This document shows, piece by piece, positions 7,841-17,682 of a stretch of 38,423 nt of DNA (positions are counted from its first letter, which is position 1; each line of letters opens with the position of its first letter). Below the pieces are notes generated by a model, which was not told where the DNA came from, ran no database searches, and worked only from the letters and a program-made list of their open reading frames with translations. The position numbers were made by a program, and so were the translations under genes. Origin of the DNA: Caulobacteraceae bacterium (GTDB lineage: Bacteria; Pseudomonadota; Alphaproteobacteria; Caulobacterales; Caulobacteraceae); contig CANMXH010000001.1 of NCBI GenBank assembly GCA_947501315.1, forward strand, positions 1 to 38,423, in the 5' to 3' direction.

Positions 7841-9469
7841 TCAGGCCGCCGAGCGGTTCCTGCCATTGTGTTCCGGGGTAGCCCCGGCAGCGGCCTGTTC
7901 GAGGGCCCGATTCATGGCGATGCGCAGGTCGTCAGGCTTGATCGGCTTCTCGACGACGGCCGCCATGCCGATGGTCAGGTATCTCTTCGCGTCGTCAGCA
8001 TCGGCGTTGGCGGTGAGCGCGACGATCGGGATATCGCGCACGGGCCCCGTCAGTGCGCGGATTGCCCGGGTTGCCTGGACCCCGTCCATCCGGGGCATCT
8101 TGATGTCCATCAGGATCAGGTCGAAGCGCCTCTCCTGAACGGCCCCAAGGGCTTCAACCCCATCCTCGGCGGTCTCGGAGGTGCAGCCGAACATCTCGCA
8201 CAGGGCCTGGGCAACCACACGGTTGGTGGCGTTGTCGTCGACGATCAGAATATGTGGCGTGCCGCCGCGGTCGCCCTCACCACCGAGATGCTCGATACCG
8301 GTGCCCGCGGTTGCCTCTACCTCGGTGCGTTCGACGTCAAGATCGAAGGCGAAGGTCGTCCCGCGGCCGGGATTGTTCTCAGCCCAGATACGGCCGCCCA
8401 TGCAGTCAACGATCCGACGGCATATTGCGAGTCCCAGTCCGCCCCCGTCCTGTCCCGACCCAAGCATGAAGGGCTCGAAAACCGTATGGATGTCATCGGG
8501 CGCAAAGCCGGCTCCGTCGTCCCGGATGCGGGCTTCCAGCCGAATACGGTCGCCGTCGGCGACAGCCTTGAGACCGGCCTCGACGACGCCGTCTCGCGCG
8601 AAACCCAGTGCGTTGCCGATCAGTGTGTTGAACAACTGGGTGAGCCGGGTGCCGTCCACTACGGCGGCCAGTTCGGTGTCGCCCTCATAGCTGACCATGA
8701 GGGTAACGTTGTCACGGGAAGCGCGTGCAGCCCAGACCGTCTGCAGGTCATCCATCAGGGCGCGCAGGGGTGTGGCTGTCGGGTTCAGCTCGAGTTCGCC
8801 GGCTTCCGCGCGTGCCAGGTCAAGGGCGTCCTCCAGAACGCGCAGTACCGATCCCGATGATTCAACGATTGTCGCGACATGGGCATGGGACTGGGTGCTG
8901 AGCGGCTGACGGCGGAGCAGGTCAGCAACTGCCAGGACGCCGTTCATCGGCAGGCGCAACTCATCCGCCATCATGCTGAGGAACTGGCTCTTGGCCCGGG
9001 CCGCGGCAACGGCCTGTGTCCTTGTGTCGGAGAGGACCCGGACCTGCTCCACCAGCTCAAGGTTCTGCTTGCGCTGGAACTCATTGACTGCCTGAAGCAG
9101 CGAGGCAGACGTTCCGACGCCTTGATAGCGGCCCTCACGGGTGACGATGAATCCGCGCATCAGTGCCCCCGGTCCGTCCTTTTTCAGGACCTCGCAGAAG
9201 GCGTCGATTCTGACGCCGCCCTCGATTACGGCCGGCTCGGGATCCATGGCATGAATGATTGGTCGGTGGCCGAACTGGGCGTGGCCCAGGGCGCCGGCAA
9301 ATTTGAGCAGGAAGGTATTGCGTTCGACCAGACCGATGGGGAGACCGTTCTCGACCACCGGGATCACCAGGGTGTCGGGCTCGCGCTCGAAGCGCGCGAA
9401 CACGTCAATGCCGGGCGTCTCGGGCGACACCGCCTCGGCGCGCACCGACAGGACTTCAATGGTCGGCAT
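7841..9469 (-). CDS. Hybrid sensor kinase-like protein (CBS pair - HisKA - HATPase - REC) with degenerate H-box
   Basis: N-terminal CBS-like IPVVENGLPIGLVER and FIVTREGRYQGV. H-box FLSMMADELRLPMNG, N-box LIGNAL, DDGAG, FEPF, GGGLGLAI. REC with IVDD, LMDIKMP and KP. Start approximate. Confidence 0.88.
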   Translation of the reverse strand: MPTIEVLSVRAEAVSPETPGIDVFARFEREPDTLVIPVVENGLPIGLVERNTFLLKFAGALGHAQFGHRPIIHAMDPEPAVIEGGVRIDAFCEVLKKDGPGALMRGFIVTREGRYQGVGTSASLLQAVNEFQRKQNLELVEQVRVLSDTRTQAVAAARAKSQFLSMMADELRLPMNGVLAVADLLRRQPLSTQSHAHVATIVESSGSVLRVLEDALDLARAEAGELELNPTATPLRALMDDLQTVWAARASRDNVTLMVSYEGDTELAAVVDGTRLTQLFNTLIGNALGFARDGVVEAGLKAVADGDRIRLEARIRDDGAGFAPDDIHTVFEPFMLGSGQDGGGLGLAICRRIVDCMGGRIWAENNPGRGTTFAFDLDVERTEVEATAGTGIEHLGGEGDRGGTPHILIVDDNATNRVVAQALCEMFGCTSETAEDGVEALGAVQERRFDLILMDIKMPRMDGVQATRAIRALTGPVRDIPIVALTANADADDAKRYLTIGMAAVVEKPIKPDDLRIAMNRALEQAAAGATPEHNGRNRSAA

Positions 9470-9660
9470 GACAGGCCGCAACTCCACGGGAACAGCCTTA
9501 CAGTAGACCCGAAGCGTTTTCAGAAGGGTTAAGGCTGCCTTCCCTGTCTCAGGGCCGTTTTTGCTCTGCTCGCGGGTCTGATATACAGAGGGTTCCCGAC
9601 CTCTTGCGGTCTGTTTCCCTTGTCCATGCGCGCGGCCAGCCGGCCGACCGCAGGTTTGCC

Positions 9661-10377
9661 ATGAGCGATTTCCTGCCCACGCCCGCACAATCGGCTCTCG
9701 TGCTCTTCTCGGGCGGTCAGGACAGTGCGACCTGTCTGGCGTGGGCGCTGGAGCGGTATCCATGGGTAGAGACGGTCGGCTTTGACTACGGCCAGCGTCA
9801 TCTCGTCGAGATGCAGGCCCGGGTCGAGGTCCGTGTCGGCCTGGCGAAAGCACTGCCGCAATGGGCTGAGCGCCTCGGGCCGGACCATGTTGTCGACCTG
9901 ACAGGCTATGGCCGGATCGCCGAAAGCGCCCTGACAACCGACCGGGCAATCGCGCTTGACGCCCGTGGTCTGCCGACGACATTCGTGCCGGGCCGTAATC
10001 TGCTTTTCCTGACCTGCGCCGCCGCCCTGGCTGATCGGCGGGGTCTTGAGGTGCTGGTCGGGGGGATGTGCGAGACGGACTATTCCGGCTACCCCGACTG
10101 CCGCCGCGCCACGATCGACGCCATGGCTGCAGCGCTCAGCCTTGGTCTCGACAAACCGGTCGTTATCGAGACCCCCCTCATGACCCTGACCAAGGCCGAC
10201 ACCTGGGCAGTGGCTGAACAGATCGGTGGCGCACCGCTGATCGATCTGATCCTGGAGCACTCCCACACCTGCTATCGCGGCGACCGGGAGCATCGTCACG
10301 CCTGGGGCTATGGCTGTGCAAACTGCCCGGCCTGCGAACTGCGTGCCGCCGGCCATGCCCAATGGATGGCTGCATGA
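9661..10377 (+). CDS. queC: 7-cyano-7-deazaguanine synthase
   Basis: [35 protein letters not shown]...GCANCPAC. Confidence 0.96.
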   Translation: MSDFLPTPAQSALVLFSGGQDSATCLAWALERYPWVETVGFDYGQRHLVEMQARVEVRVGLAKALPQWAERLGPDHVVDLTGYGRIAESALTTDRAIALDARGLPTTFVPGRNLLFLTCAAALADRRGLEVLVGGMCETDYSGYPDCRRATIDAMAAALSLGLDKPVVIETPLMTLTKADTWAVAEQIGGAPLIDLILEHSHTCYRGDREHRHAWGYGCANCPACELRAAGHAQWMAA

Positions 10378-11009
10378 CCTATTCGGCCAAGGAGGTCTTC
10401 CTCACGGTGCAGGGCGAAGGCGGCCAGGCCGGTCGGCCGGCCGTTTTTCTGCGCTTCGCCGGCTGCAATCTCTGGAGCGGGCTTGAGCGTGACCGTGCGA
10501 CCGCAGTCTGCACATTCTGCGACACTGACTTCGTCGGGGTGGATGGCGACGGCGGCGGCAAATTCCCGACCGCCGATGCCCTGGCTGACCATGTCGCTGC
10601 GCTGTGGCGGGGACGGGCAGGGGACCCGAAACTGGTCGTCTGCACGGGTGGAGAGCCCCTCCTGCAACTGGACGGACCGCTGATTGCAGCCCTTCATGTC
10701 CGGGGCTTCGAGATCGCGGTGGAAACCAACGGAACCCTGACCGCGCCCACCGGGCTTGACTGGATCTGCGTCAGCCCCAAGGCCAATGCCTCCTTGCTGC
10801 AGGTAAGCGGCCAGGAGCTTAAACTGGTCTTTCCCCAGCCCTCTGCCATGCCGGATCGTTTCGAACACCTGTTGTTCGACCGGTTCTGGCTCCAGCCCAT
10901 GGACGGACCTGACCGGGTGGCCAACACCGCAGCGGCCATCGAATACTGCCTGACCCACCCGAAATGGCGGCTCAGCGTCCAGACCCACAAATACATCGGC
11001 GTAAGATGA
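10374..11009 (+). CDS. queE: 7-carboxy-7-deazaguanine synthase (radical SAM)
   Basis: [12 protein letters not shown]14CX2C motif, TGGEP, ETNG, VSPK, LSVQTHK. ATGA-coupled to queC. Confidence 0.96.
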   Translation: MTYSAKEVFLTVQGEGGQAGRPAVFLRFAGCNLWSGLERDRATAVCTFCDTDFVGVDGDGGGKFPTADALADHVAALWRGRAGDPKLVVCTGGEPLLQLDGPLIAALHVRGFEIAVETNGTLTAPTGLDWICVSPKANASLLQVSGQELKLVFPQPSAMPDRFEHLLFDRFWLQPMDGPDRVANTAAAIEYCLTHPKWRLSVQTHKYIGVR

Positions 11010-11374
11010 GCGTTTTCGAGATCACCAAGGCCGCGACCTTCGACGCGGCCCACCACTTTCCGGGCGAGCCGGAGGGCAGTCCCTACCGCCGCATCCATGG
11101 CCATTCCTTCCGCGTCGAAGCGACCGTCTGCAGCGAAACGCTGGATGCGGCACATGGCTGGGTCGCCGATCTGGGGGCCCTCGACCGGGCCTTGAGGGAG
11201 GCTGCGGAGGCTCTGGATCACGGTATGCTCAATGAGCATGCCGGATTGGAACTCCCGTCGCTGGAAAACCTGTGTCTTTGGTTCGCCGCCCGGCTGAAGC
11301 CGGAATGGCCGGGATTGAGCCGGATCATGGTGTCCCGGCCGACGATCCACGAGCGATGCGTTTTGACACTTTAG
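11006..11374 (+). CDS. queD: 6-carboxytetrahydropterin synthase (QueD/PTPS family)
   Basis: FDAAH, HGHSF, LDH..LN, PSLENL. ATGA-coupled to queE. Confidence 0.9.
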   Translation: MSVFEITKAATFDAAHHFPGEPEGSPYRRIHGHSFRVEATVCSETLDAAHGWVADLGALDRALREAAEALDHGMLNEHAGLELPSLENLCLWFAARLKPEWPGLSRIMVSRPTIHERCVLTL

Positions 11375-11375
11375 C

Positions 11376-11627
11376 CTAACAGTCGCGGCCCCGACGTTGG
11401 CGCTGTTCGCAACGGCGCTGCTCACGTTCGCGTTTGGCCCGGGATTCCTCATCCGAGGTCGTGACGGCATCGACGCCCGCGCCCACCACGGCACCGGTGG
11501 CCTGGACAGTCCCGCCGACGATGGCACCGGCCGTACCGACGACCGCCCCTACGATACAGCCCTGGAGCATCAGGCTCGTGCTGATCACGATGGCAAGGAT
11601 CCCGCCGGTTCTGATGGTCCTGATCAT
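11376..11627 (-). CDS. Small lipoprotein
   Basis: Lipobox-like LMLQG|C after a hydrophobic stretch, then a Gly/Ala/Val-rich segment and a basic tail. Confidence 0.7.
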   Translation of the reverse strand: MIRTIRTGGILAIVISTSLMLQGCIVGAVVGTAGAIVGGTVQATGAVVGAGVDAVTTSDEESRAKREREQRRCEQRQRRGRDC

Positions 11628-11678
11628 GCTGACGTCCTGTGTATCCGCCGGCCGCGGCCCCGGCGAGGCCAGCAGGTA

Positions 11679-11755
11679 TGGTGGGCGGCGAGGGGTTCGA
11701 ACCCCCGACCCCCTCGGTGTAAACGAGGTGCTCTGACCAGCTGAGCTAGCCGCCC
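11679..11755 (-). tRNA. tRNA-Val(TAC)
   Basis: GGGCGGCTAGCTCAGCTGGTCAGAGCACCTCGTTTACACCGAGGGGGTCGGGGGTTCGAACCCCTCGCCGCCCACCA. Cloverleaf, TAC anticodon, encoded CCA. Confidence 0.97.
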
Positions 11756-11786
11756 GACTTGATGAAACCTGCAGGCTTTCCGTGCC

Positions 11787-14700
11787 CTAGAACCGGAAGC
11801 TGGCACGCAGGAACAACATGTAGCGTATGTAGTCCTCAATCATCTCGGCATCGGCGTTTATGGAAAGCATGCCGAGTTCGTTACCGATGTTCAGGCGCAG
11901 ACCGACGATCGGCCCACCGCCCTCGATCGACCCGCCGTCGAGTGTGAAGTCCGGACCGCCGGAGCGGAAGCGGGCAATGGTCTCGCCCGGATCGACCGAG
12001 ATGTTCTGGCGCCAGCCGACACGCATTTCGGGGCGAAGCCAGCTGTTCTCGCCCATCGACAAGCCGACGTTGACGGCTGCGGTCGCCGAGAACAGATGGC
12101 CATTGCGGTCGTCGATCGACAGATCGAAGCCATCACCGCCGCCTGTTTCGACGTGGCCTTCCTCGTTGAGGGAGAAGAACTCGGCATAGGCTTCGGGTCG
12201 GATGCTGAAACGCCCGAAATCACGCTGGTAGGAGACGCCGCCGGCTGCCGCGAGGGTGAAGCCGTTCCAGTCCGATTCATTGGACAGGTTCTGTCCCGCA
12301 CCGACGAAGCGGCGTTCGGACTGGAAAGACGCATAGCCCGCCGCTGCACGCGCCCACGTCGTCCAGTACTGGCCCTGAGCGCGCCAGTACAGGCCCAGCT
12401 CCAGAAGATTGGCCGAGAGCACTTCCTCTGCCGCAGATTCCGGATCCTCAAGATCGGATGAGGTGAATGCCAGGGAAATGCCGACGGCGCCGAGGTCGGA
12501 GCCTCGCTCGACACCACCGGCGACGCCGAACCCTTCAGACCGGAAACCATAGGTGTCAGTCTTGTCCTTGTCGGCGTAAAAATTGATCTCCTGAACCCAG
12601 GCGCTGGTTTCGCCGGGGGCAGCGGAAGCGTTTCGGCCCGTCAGGGCGCGCGTCACTGCATCGACGCCCGATGACAGGGAGAGCAGGGGGCCACCCGCAT
12701 GGTCCGGAAGCAGTTGCTCATAGAGGTCGATAAACTGCGCCCGCCCGGTCTGGCTCAGGAAGGTGTTGCGCATATCTGCTGCGCCCGTGCCGCCCAGGGC
12801 GGAATAGAACGAGTCGAACATGGCCGCCTCGACGGGGATCAGGCCCGCCTCGGCAGCACTGCGTCGGCGCACATCGACGAACACCTGTCCCGCCGGCACA
12901 TTGGATCCGGCAGAGACCATGTAGAGATAGGGCGAATTTGCCTCGATGGAGCTCAGATCAAGCGCGCCGAAATTCAGGGTCGCGGCGTTGACCAGGGTGA
13001 ACCGTTGGGACGCTGCCAGAAGTGAGGTGAAACGGACGCCCAGGCCGGCACCGTTCGCAAAGGTCGCGGCCCCGGAAACGTTGAAGCCACCGGCCCTTCT
13101 GTTTGCCGGATCGATCGTGATGATGAGGTCGCCGTCCCTGGCCACGTTCAGGCTGGTCACATTCAGAGCGGTCGCCTGGCGGGCATCAAGCGTGCCGTTG
13201 CTGACGTTGATGGAAAGGTCGCCGCCGATATCGGAGAGGGCGGACCGAACGATGGCCCCACCGGAGATCGACAGGGTGTCGGCCCCGAGACCGAAATAGA
13301 TGTCGCCGAAAACAATGCCGTTGCGGATATCGACCGTGTCTGCGCCGGTCCCCAGCCGGATATCACCGACGAGGATCGGCTCAGCGCTGTCCGGCACGCC
13401 ATCGCCGTCCGTGTCGGGGTCCTGCGCGCTGGGCGTGGCCGTAATGCCGGTCTGGATTACGGTGACGCCGGTCGTATTGGCGGCGACATTGATAGCAGTC
13501 GTGGAGCCGGTCACCGGATCACCGGCAACATTTGCGTTGAGGGTGGCCTGAAGCGAGCGGGTGTTGGTGATCGAGACCAGGGTGCCGCTGAGATCGTTTA
13601 TGGCCGTCACATTCGCTGTGCCGCCGCCGGCCGAAGCCAGGATGGAGCCATTGTTGACAAAGCTGGGCAGGGAGGCCCCCGCGTCGATCTGGATAGCCGT
13701 CGCATTGGCGGCGACATCGCTGGCGACGCCGCCCGTAATGTTGCCGTCGTTGACGAAGCGTGGGGTCGTGGCTCCGGTGCCGAAGCGATAGGCGGTGGCG
13801 CTCGCCCCGTTGGCGAGAGCGGCGACGGTGCCCTGGTTGCGAACACCGCCGGTGATGCTCACCGTCCGGCCGGCGTTTCCGCCGAAGACCACCCCATTTG
13901 CGGCTATGCCCTTATAGACGCCCTGGCCCGTGATCGTGCCGCGGTTGATAAAGCCATAGGCATCATCACCCGTACCCACGACACCAAGCGTGATGGACTG
14001 GGTCGCCGAGGCCACGATGATTCCGGGCGCAGCGCCATAGCTGTTGATATTGCCGGTGCCTTCAGTGCTGTCGGCAATCCCGTCGGAGTCCTCGTCCGTA
14101 TTCGTCGGGCTCGTGTCGGTCGGGGGCCGGTCGACGACTACGCCGCCAGCCACGCTGCCGGCAATGAGGACCGCCGGGCCGCCCTGCAGCAGGTCGTCGG
14201 CGTCAAGTCTTGAGACAAAGGTGTCATTGCCGAGGGTCGTGTAGCGGTAACCGGTGGCATTGATCTCGCCTTGCAGGGTGAGACGGCCACCGACGTTGCC
14301 GCCGATCGACACGGCGGAGGTGTTCAGCCCGCGCGCGGTGACGGATCCCAGCAAGGAGACATTGCCGGAGACGGTGCTGAGTGTCCGGACTGCGACGGAG
14401 TTGTCGCCGTAAACGCGGATGGCACCTTGCGACTGGATATTGCCGACCAGACCGGACTCGATCGAAATGGCGTAGGAATTATTGCCGTCGACACCGATGG
14501 TTCCGAGCGAACTCACCGTCAGGTTGCCCGTAACCGGAGCGCCGGCCGCGTAGCGGATACCGTAACGGTCCGAGCCGGTTGCCCAGGGGCCATCGATATC
14601 GCCGTCGTTGTCCGAGTCCGTATAATTCTCGATCGTGTCTGCGACCAGGATCGTCGCACCAATGGTGACGTCGGACGTAACCCCGGCATTCACGAGCACA

Positions 14701-14972
14701 GCCGTCGCACCGTTGGCGGCCGGCGACATCGTGATCGAGCTTGTGCCCTCCATCGTGAAGTCGTGGTTTGAGTTCACGATTACGGCCGTTCCGGTCACGA
14801 CAGTGATGCCGCCGCTGCCGGAAATCCGGATATCGTCGGCAATTCCCGTGCCGCCTGCGTTCGAGGTCGTAATGGGCGTTGTCCGGACCGTCGTGATCAC
14901 GACCTCGGCCATGGCACCGGTAGCCGCCATCAGGGGAGCGATCGCAACCGCGGTCGCGAGTAGAATACGCAT
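11787..14972 (-). CDS. Autotransporter-type outer-membrane protein (~1060 aa)
   Basis: Signal peptide ending AMA|E, Gly/Thr/Asn-rich beta-helix-like passenger, ~300-aa C-terminal barrel-like domain ending RASFRF. Confidence 0.85.
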   Translation of the reverse strand: MRILLATAVAIAPLMAATGAMAEVVITTVRTTPITTSNAGGTGIADDIRISGSGGITVVTGTAVIVNSNHDFTMEGTSSITMSPAANGATAVLVNAGVTSDVTIGATILVADTIENYTDSDNDGDIDGPWATGSDRYGIRYAAGAPVTGNLTVSSLGTIGVDGNNSYAISIESGLVGNIQSQGAIRVYGDNSVAVRTLSTVSGNVSLLGSVTARGLNTSAVSIGGNVGGRLTLQGEINATGYRYTTLGNDTFVSRLDADDLLQGGPAVLIAGSVAGGVVVDRPPTDTSPTNTDEDSDGIADSTEGTGNINSYGAAPGIIVASATQSITLGVVGTGDDAYGFINRGTITGQGVYKGIAANGVVFGGNAGRTVSITGGVRNQGTVAALANGASATAYRFGTGATTPRFVNDGNITGGVASDVAANATAIQIDAGASLPSFVNNGSILASAGGGTANVTAINDLSGTLVSITNTRSLQATLNANVAGDPVTGSTTAINVAANTTGVTVIQTGITATPSAQDPDTDGDGVPDSAEPILVGDIRLGTGADTVDIRNGIVFGDIYFGLGADTLSISGGAIVRSALSDIGGDLSINVSNGTLDARQATALNVTSLNVARDGDLIITIDPANRRAGGFNVSGAATFANGAGLGVRFTSLLAASQRFTLVNAATLNFGALDLSSIEANSPYLYMVSAGSNVPAGQVFVDVRRRSAAEAGLIPVEAAMFDSFYSALGGTGAADMRNTFLSQTGRAQFIDLYEQLLPDHAGGPLLSLSSGVDAVTRALTGRNASAAPGETSAWVQEINFYADKDKTDTYGFRSEGFGVAGGVERGSDLGAVGISLAFTSSDLEDPESAAEEVLSANLLELGLYWRAQGQYWTTWARAAAGYASFQSERRFVGAGQNLSNESDWNGFTLAAAGGVSYQRDFGRFSIRPEAYAEFFSLNEEGHVETGGGDGFDLSIDDRNGHLFSATAAVNVGLSMGENSWLRPEMRVGWRQNISVDPGETIARFRSGGPDFTLDGGSIEGGGPIVGLRLNIGNELGMLSINADAEMIEDYIRYMLFLRASFRF

Positions 14973-15112
14973 TCGGTACAAACCCCTGTGGACGGCACAC
15001 GCAGAGACGCCGACGGTCTTCTATCAGGGACCGTCTTTGACTGCCTCAAGTTTCTCGAATTTGAGGCGAATGCAAGGCCGAACCCGCAGGCGGGGTGCAT
15101 CGGGCAAGCAAG

Positions 15113-15162
15113 GATATTGCGGTTATCGCAATCAATATGATATCGTTTTCATATCGAATATC
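15113..15162. promoter_or_regulatory. AT-rich putative operator with nested inverted repeats upstream of the SPFH-RHH operon
   Basis: ATTGCG-N5-CGCAAT (15116-15132), ATATGA-N8-TCATAT (15135-15154), and three ATATC boxes just before the GGAG RBS. Confidence 0.5.
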
Positions 15163-15172
15163 GGAGCAGATG

Positions 15173-16063
15173 ATGTCCCACGAACACTCAAGATCCACGG
15201 AAAGCCCGGCCAACTCCGCAAACGGCATTCTGATGTTGCTGATCGGGCTGTTGCTTCTGGCCGCCGGGCCGATCGTCATTGCCCAGAACCCCGGCTCTGC
15301 CGTGCTGCTGATCCCGGGTCTTTCCGCAGCGACTGTCGGCCTGTTGCTGGTTTGTGGTCTCTACTCACTCCAGCCGAACGAGGGCATGGCCATCATGCTG
15401 TTCGGGTCCTATCGCGGCACGGACCGCAAGACCGGCCTGCGCTGGGTCCTGCCCTGGTACAGCCGCAAGAAAATCTCCCTACGGGTTCGGAACCTGACAA
15501 GCGACAAGCTCAAGGTGAATGACCGGCGCGGCAGTCCGATCGAGATTGCCGCCAACGTCGTCTGGCGGGTGCAGGATTCCGCCCAGGCCCTGTTCGATGT
15601 CGATGACTATCAGGCGTTTGTGAACATCCAGGTGGATACAGCTCTGCGCGATATCGCTTCTCACTATGCCTATGACCACGGCGACGAGACGGATGTGCCT
15701 GAACTGACCCTGCGGGCCGACGCCGAGGACGTGGCCGGTCGGCTCCGCGAGGAGCTGGTGGGCCGTGTCAGCGTCGCGGGTGTTGCCATCGATGAGGCCC
15801 GTCTCGCCCACCTCGCCTATGCGCCGGAGATCGCCGGGGCCATGCTGAAACGCCAGCAGGCCGAGGCAGTGCTCTCTGCCCGTCGCCTGATCGTCAAGGG
15901 AGCCGTCGGTATGGTCGAGAGCGCCCTTGCCGACCTCAATCAGCGCGGCGTCGTGGATCTGGACGAGGACCGCAAGGCGGCCATGGTCTCAAATCTGCTG
16001 GTGGTCCTGTGCGCCGACCGCGAGGCCCAACCGGTCGTGAATACGGGCACCCTGTACGGCTGA
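15173..16063 (+). CDS. SPFH/band-7 domain membrane protein
   Basis: Two N-terminal TM helices, [54 protein letters not shown] at 15163. Confidence 0.9.
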   Translation: MSHEHSRSTESPANSANGILMLLIGLLLLAAGPIVIAQNPGSAVLLIPGLSAATVGLLLVCGLYSLQPNEGMAIMLFGSYRGTDRKTGLRWVLPWYSRKKISLRVRNLTSDKLKVNDRRGSPIEIAANVVWRVQDSAQALFDVDDYQAFVNIQVDTALRDIASHYAYDHGDETDVPELTLRADAEDVAGRLREELVGRVSVAGVAIDEARLAHLAYAPEIAGAMLKRQQAEAVLSARRLIVKGAVGMVESALADLNQRGVVDLDEDRKAAMVSNLLVVLCADREAQPVVNTGTLYG

Positions 16064-16064
16064 C

Positions 16065-16247
16065 ATGGCCCGATCCAGGAAGCCCTTTCTGATGCGCGCT
16101 TCTTCCGGAGTGATGGCGGCGGTCGAGCGCTTGGCCGCCGCCGAACTGCGCTCGGTCAATGCCCAGGTCGAATGTCTGCTGCGCGAAGCCCTCGCCAGAC
16201 GGGGCATTTCGCCCTCGGAAGACGCTCCGCCGACGGACAGCGCTTGA
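16065..16247 (+). CDS. Arc/CopG-like ribbon-helix-helix protein
   Basis: RKPFLMR...[21 protein letters not shown]. Starts 1 nt after the SPFH stop. Confidence 0.8.
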   Translation: MARSRKPFLMRASSGVMAAVERLAAAELRSVNAQVECLLREALARRGISPSEDAPPTDSA

Positions 16248-16380
16248 GCTTCGCCGTCGTGGGGGTTACGGGCCGCTGATGTTGAAGTCGCATATGTCAA
16301 AGGTCCGCAAGGCTCGCCGCATCCAGAGACGGGTCCGGCGGGCTGGCGCATCCAGTATCAGCATTGCCGAGCGCGAGCTC

Positions 16381-17628
16381 ATGACGCTTGCCGGACTCGA
16401 GGTGCAGGAAGGCGAACTTCGTCTGTTCCCCGGCTGGGACGAAGAGGTCTCGGACACCCTGGCCGCGACCAAGGCCGCCGGCGATGACGGCCGGCCCCGG
16501 CTGGTCGACACCACCATGCTCTATGCGCCGCGCTCGGGCGGCGTGAAGCGCTACCTCCTGTCCAAGAAGGCCTGGCTGGAAGCCAATCGCCCCGGCGTGG
16601 CCCATTCGCTGGTCGTGCCTGGTGCCCACCACAGGGCCGGTGACGATGGCATTGTCCAGCTTCATGCGACCAAGCTGCCGTTCGGCGACGGCTATCGCTG
16701 GCCAACATCCGTCAGCCGTTGGGCGGCCTGGGTCGCGTCACTGAATCCTTCAATCATCGAGGCCGGCGATCCCTACACGCCGGGGCAAGGTGCCTTGGCC
16801 GCCGGTCAGCGGGCCGGCTGTCCGGTCGTCGGCTTTTGCCACTCCGATCCTGCCGGGCTGGCCGCCCTGCATTTTGGCGAATGGGCCAAAAAGCCGGTCG
16901 AGAAGCGGTGGGCCCGGCTTTTCGGCCAGTTCGACCGCGTGGTCTCGCCCAGCCGGTATATCGCCCGGCGACTTGAAGAGGCCGGGGTCGGCAACATCGT
17001 CATCCGGCCTCTGGGCGTCGAGATTGAAACCTTCCGGCCTGACCGTGGTGACCGAAACTGGCTGCTGAGAAAGCTGAACCTGCCGGCGTCCGCCCGCCTG
17101 CTCTGTTTCGCCGGCCGCCCGGCCCGTGAGAAGAACATCGATGTCCTGATCCAGGCCGTTCAGGCCCTGGGGGACCCCTATCATCTGATCCTGGTCGGTG
17201 CCGGTGCCGGCATGCCGGCCGAGGAGCGGGTCATCTCGCTGCCCTACGAGGCCAATCCCAAGGCCGTGGCGAGGATTATCGCCAGCTGCGATGCCTTCGT
17301 TCATGCCAATGACAAGGAACCGTTCGGACTGATCGTGCTCGAGGCCATGGCCTGCGGCCGTCCGGTCGTGGGTGTTAATGCCGGAGGGGTCAAGGAGACC
17401 GTCGATGATACGGTGGGGCAGCTCGCGGAGAGCGCCGATCCGGGTCATTATGCGTCGGCCATAGAGGCCCTGTTCGCCCGCGATATCGAGGCGCTCGGCA
17501 TCGCTGCGCGCGCCCGCACCGTTGAACGGTTTGCCTGGAACCGCGTGTTCGAGGATCTCAGCTCCGTCTATGCAGAGGTTAGCGGCGAACCGGCCTTTGC
17601 CCAGCCCGGCGAACCGCAGCTCCGCTGA
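16381..17628 (+). CDS. Glycosyltransferase family 4 (GT-B)
   Basis: SGGVKRY, FAGRPAREKNID, EPFGLIVLEAMACGRPVV. Start approximate. Confidence 0.9.
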   Translation: MTLAGLEVQEGELRLFPGWDEEVSDTLAATKAAGDDGRPRLVDTTMLYAPRSGGVKRYLLSKKAWLEANRPGVAHSLVVPGAHHRAGDDGIVQLHATKLPFGDGYRWPTSVSRWAAWVASLNPSIIEAGDPYTPGQGALAAGQRAGCPVVGFCHSDPAGLAALHFGEWAKKPVEKRWARLFGQFDRVVSPSRYIARRLEEAGVGNIVIRPLGVEIETFRPDRGDRNWLLRKLNLPASARLLCFAGRPAREKNIDVLIQAVQALGDPYHLILVGAGAGMPAEERVISLPYEANPKAVARIIASCDAFVHANDKEPFGLIVLEAMACGRPVVGVNAGGVKETVDDTVGQLAESADPGHYASAIEALFARDIEALGIAARARTVERFAWNRVFEDLSSVYAEVSGEPAFAQPGEPQLR

Positions 17629-17682
17629 CGCCCTGTCAGGCACATGTTCGATCGTCCCCGGGCTGAAAGAGGAACCGGCAAG

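Noticed and set aside
9540-9660. preQ1 riboswitch upstream of queC
   Set aside because: No preQ1-like stem or A-rich tail is recognisable by eye. An Rfam scan would be decisive.
9470-9982. N-terminal extension of the kinase ORF (similar extensions on tgt, queA, paralog B and uvrD)
   Set aside because: The kinase, tgt and paralog B extensions overlap neighbouring real genes, and all read as low-complexity Arg/Pro-rich sequence. Downstream starts fit better.
305-11374. tgt, queA and queCED as a 7-deazaguanine DNA-modification or anti-phage island
   Set aside because: There is no dpdA-like second TGT, nuclease or CBASS/Qat partner. Canonical Tgt plus QueA indicate ordinary tRNA queuosine synthesis.
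11679-11755. tRNA-Val (or ssrA) as an integration site for an island
   Set aside because: No integrase and no duplicated 3' end (att repeat) seen in the window.
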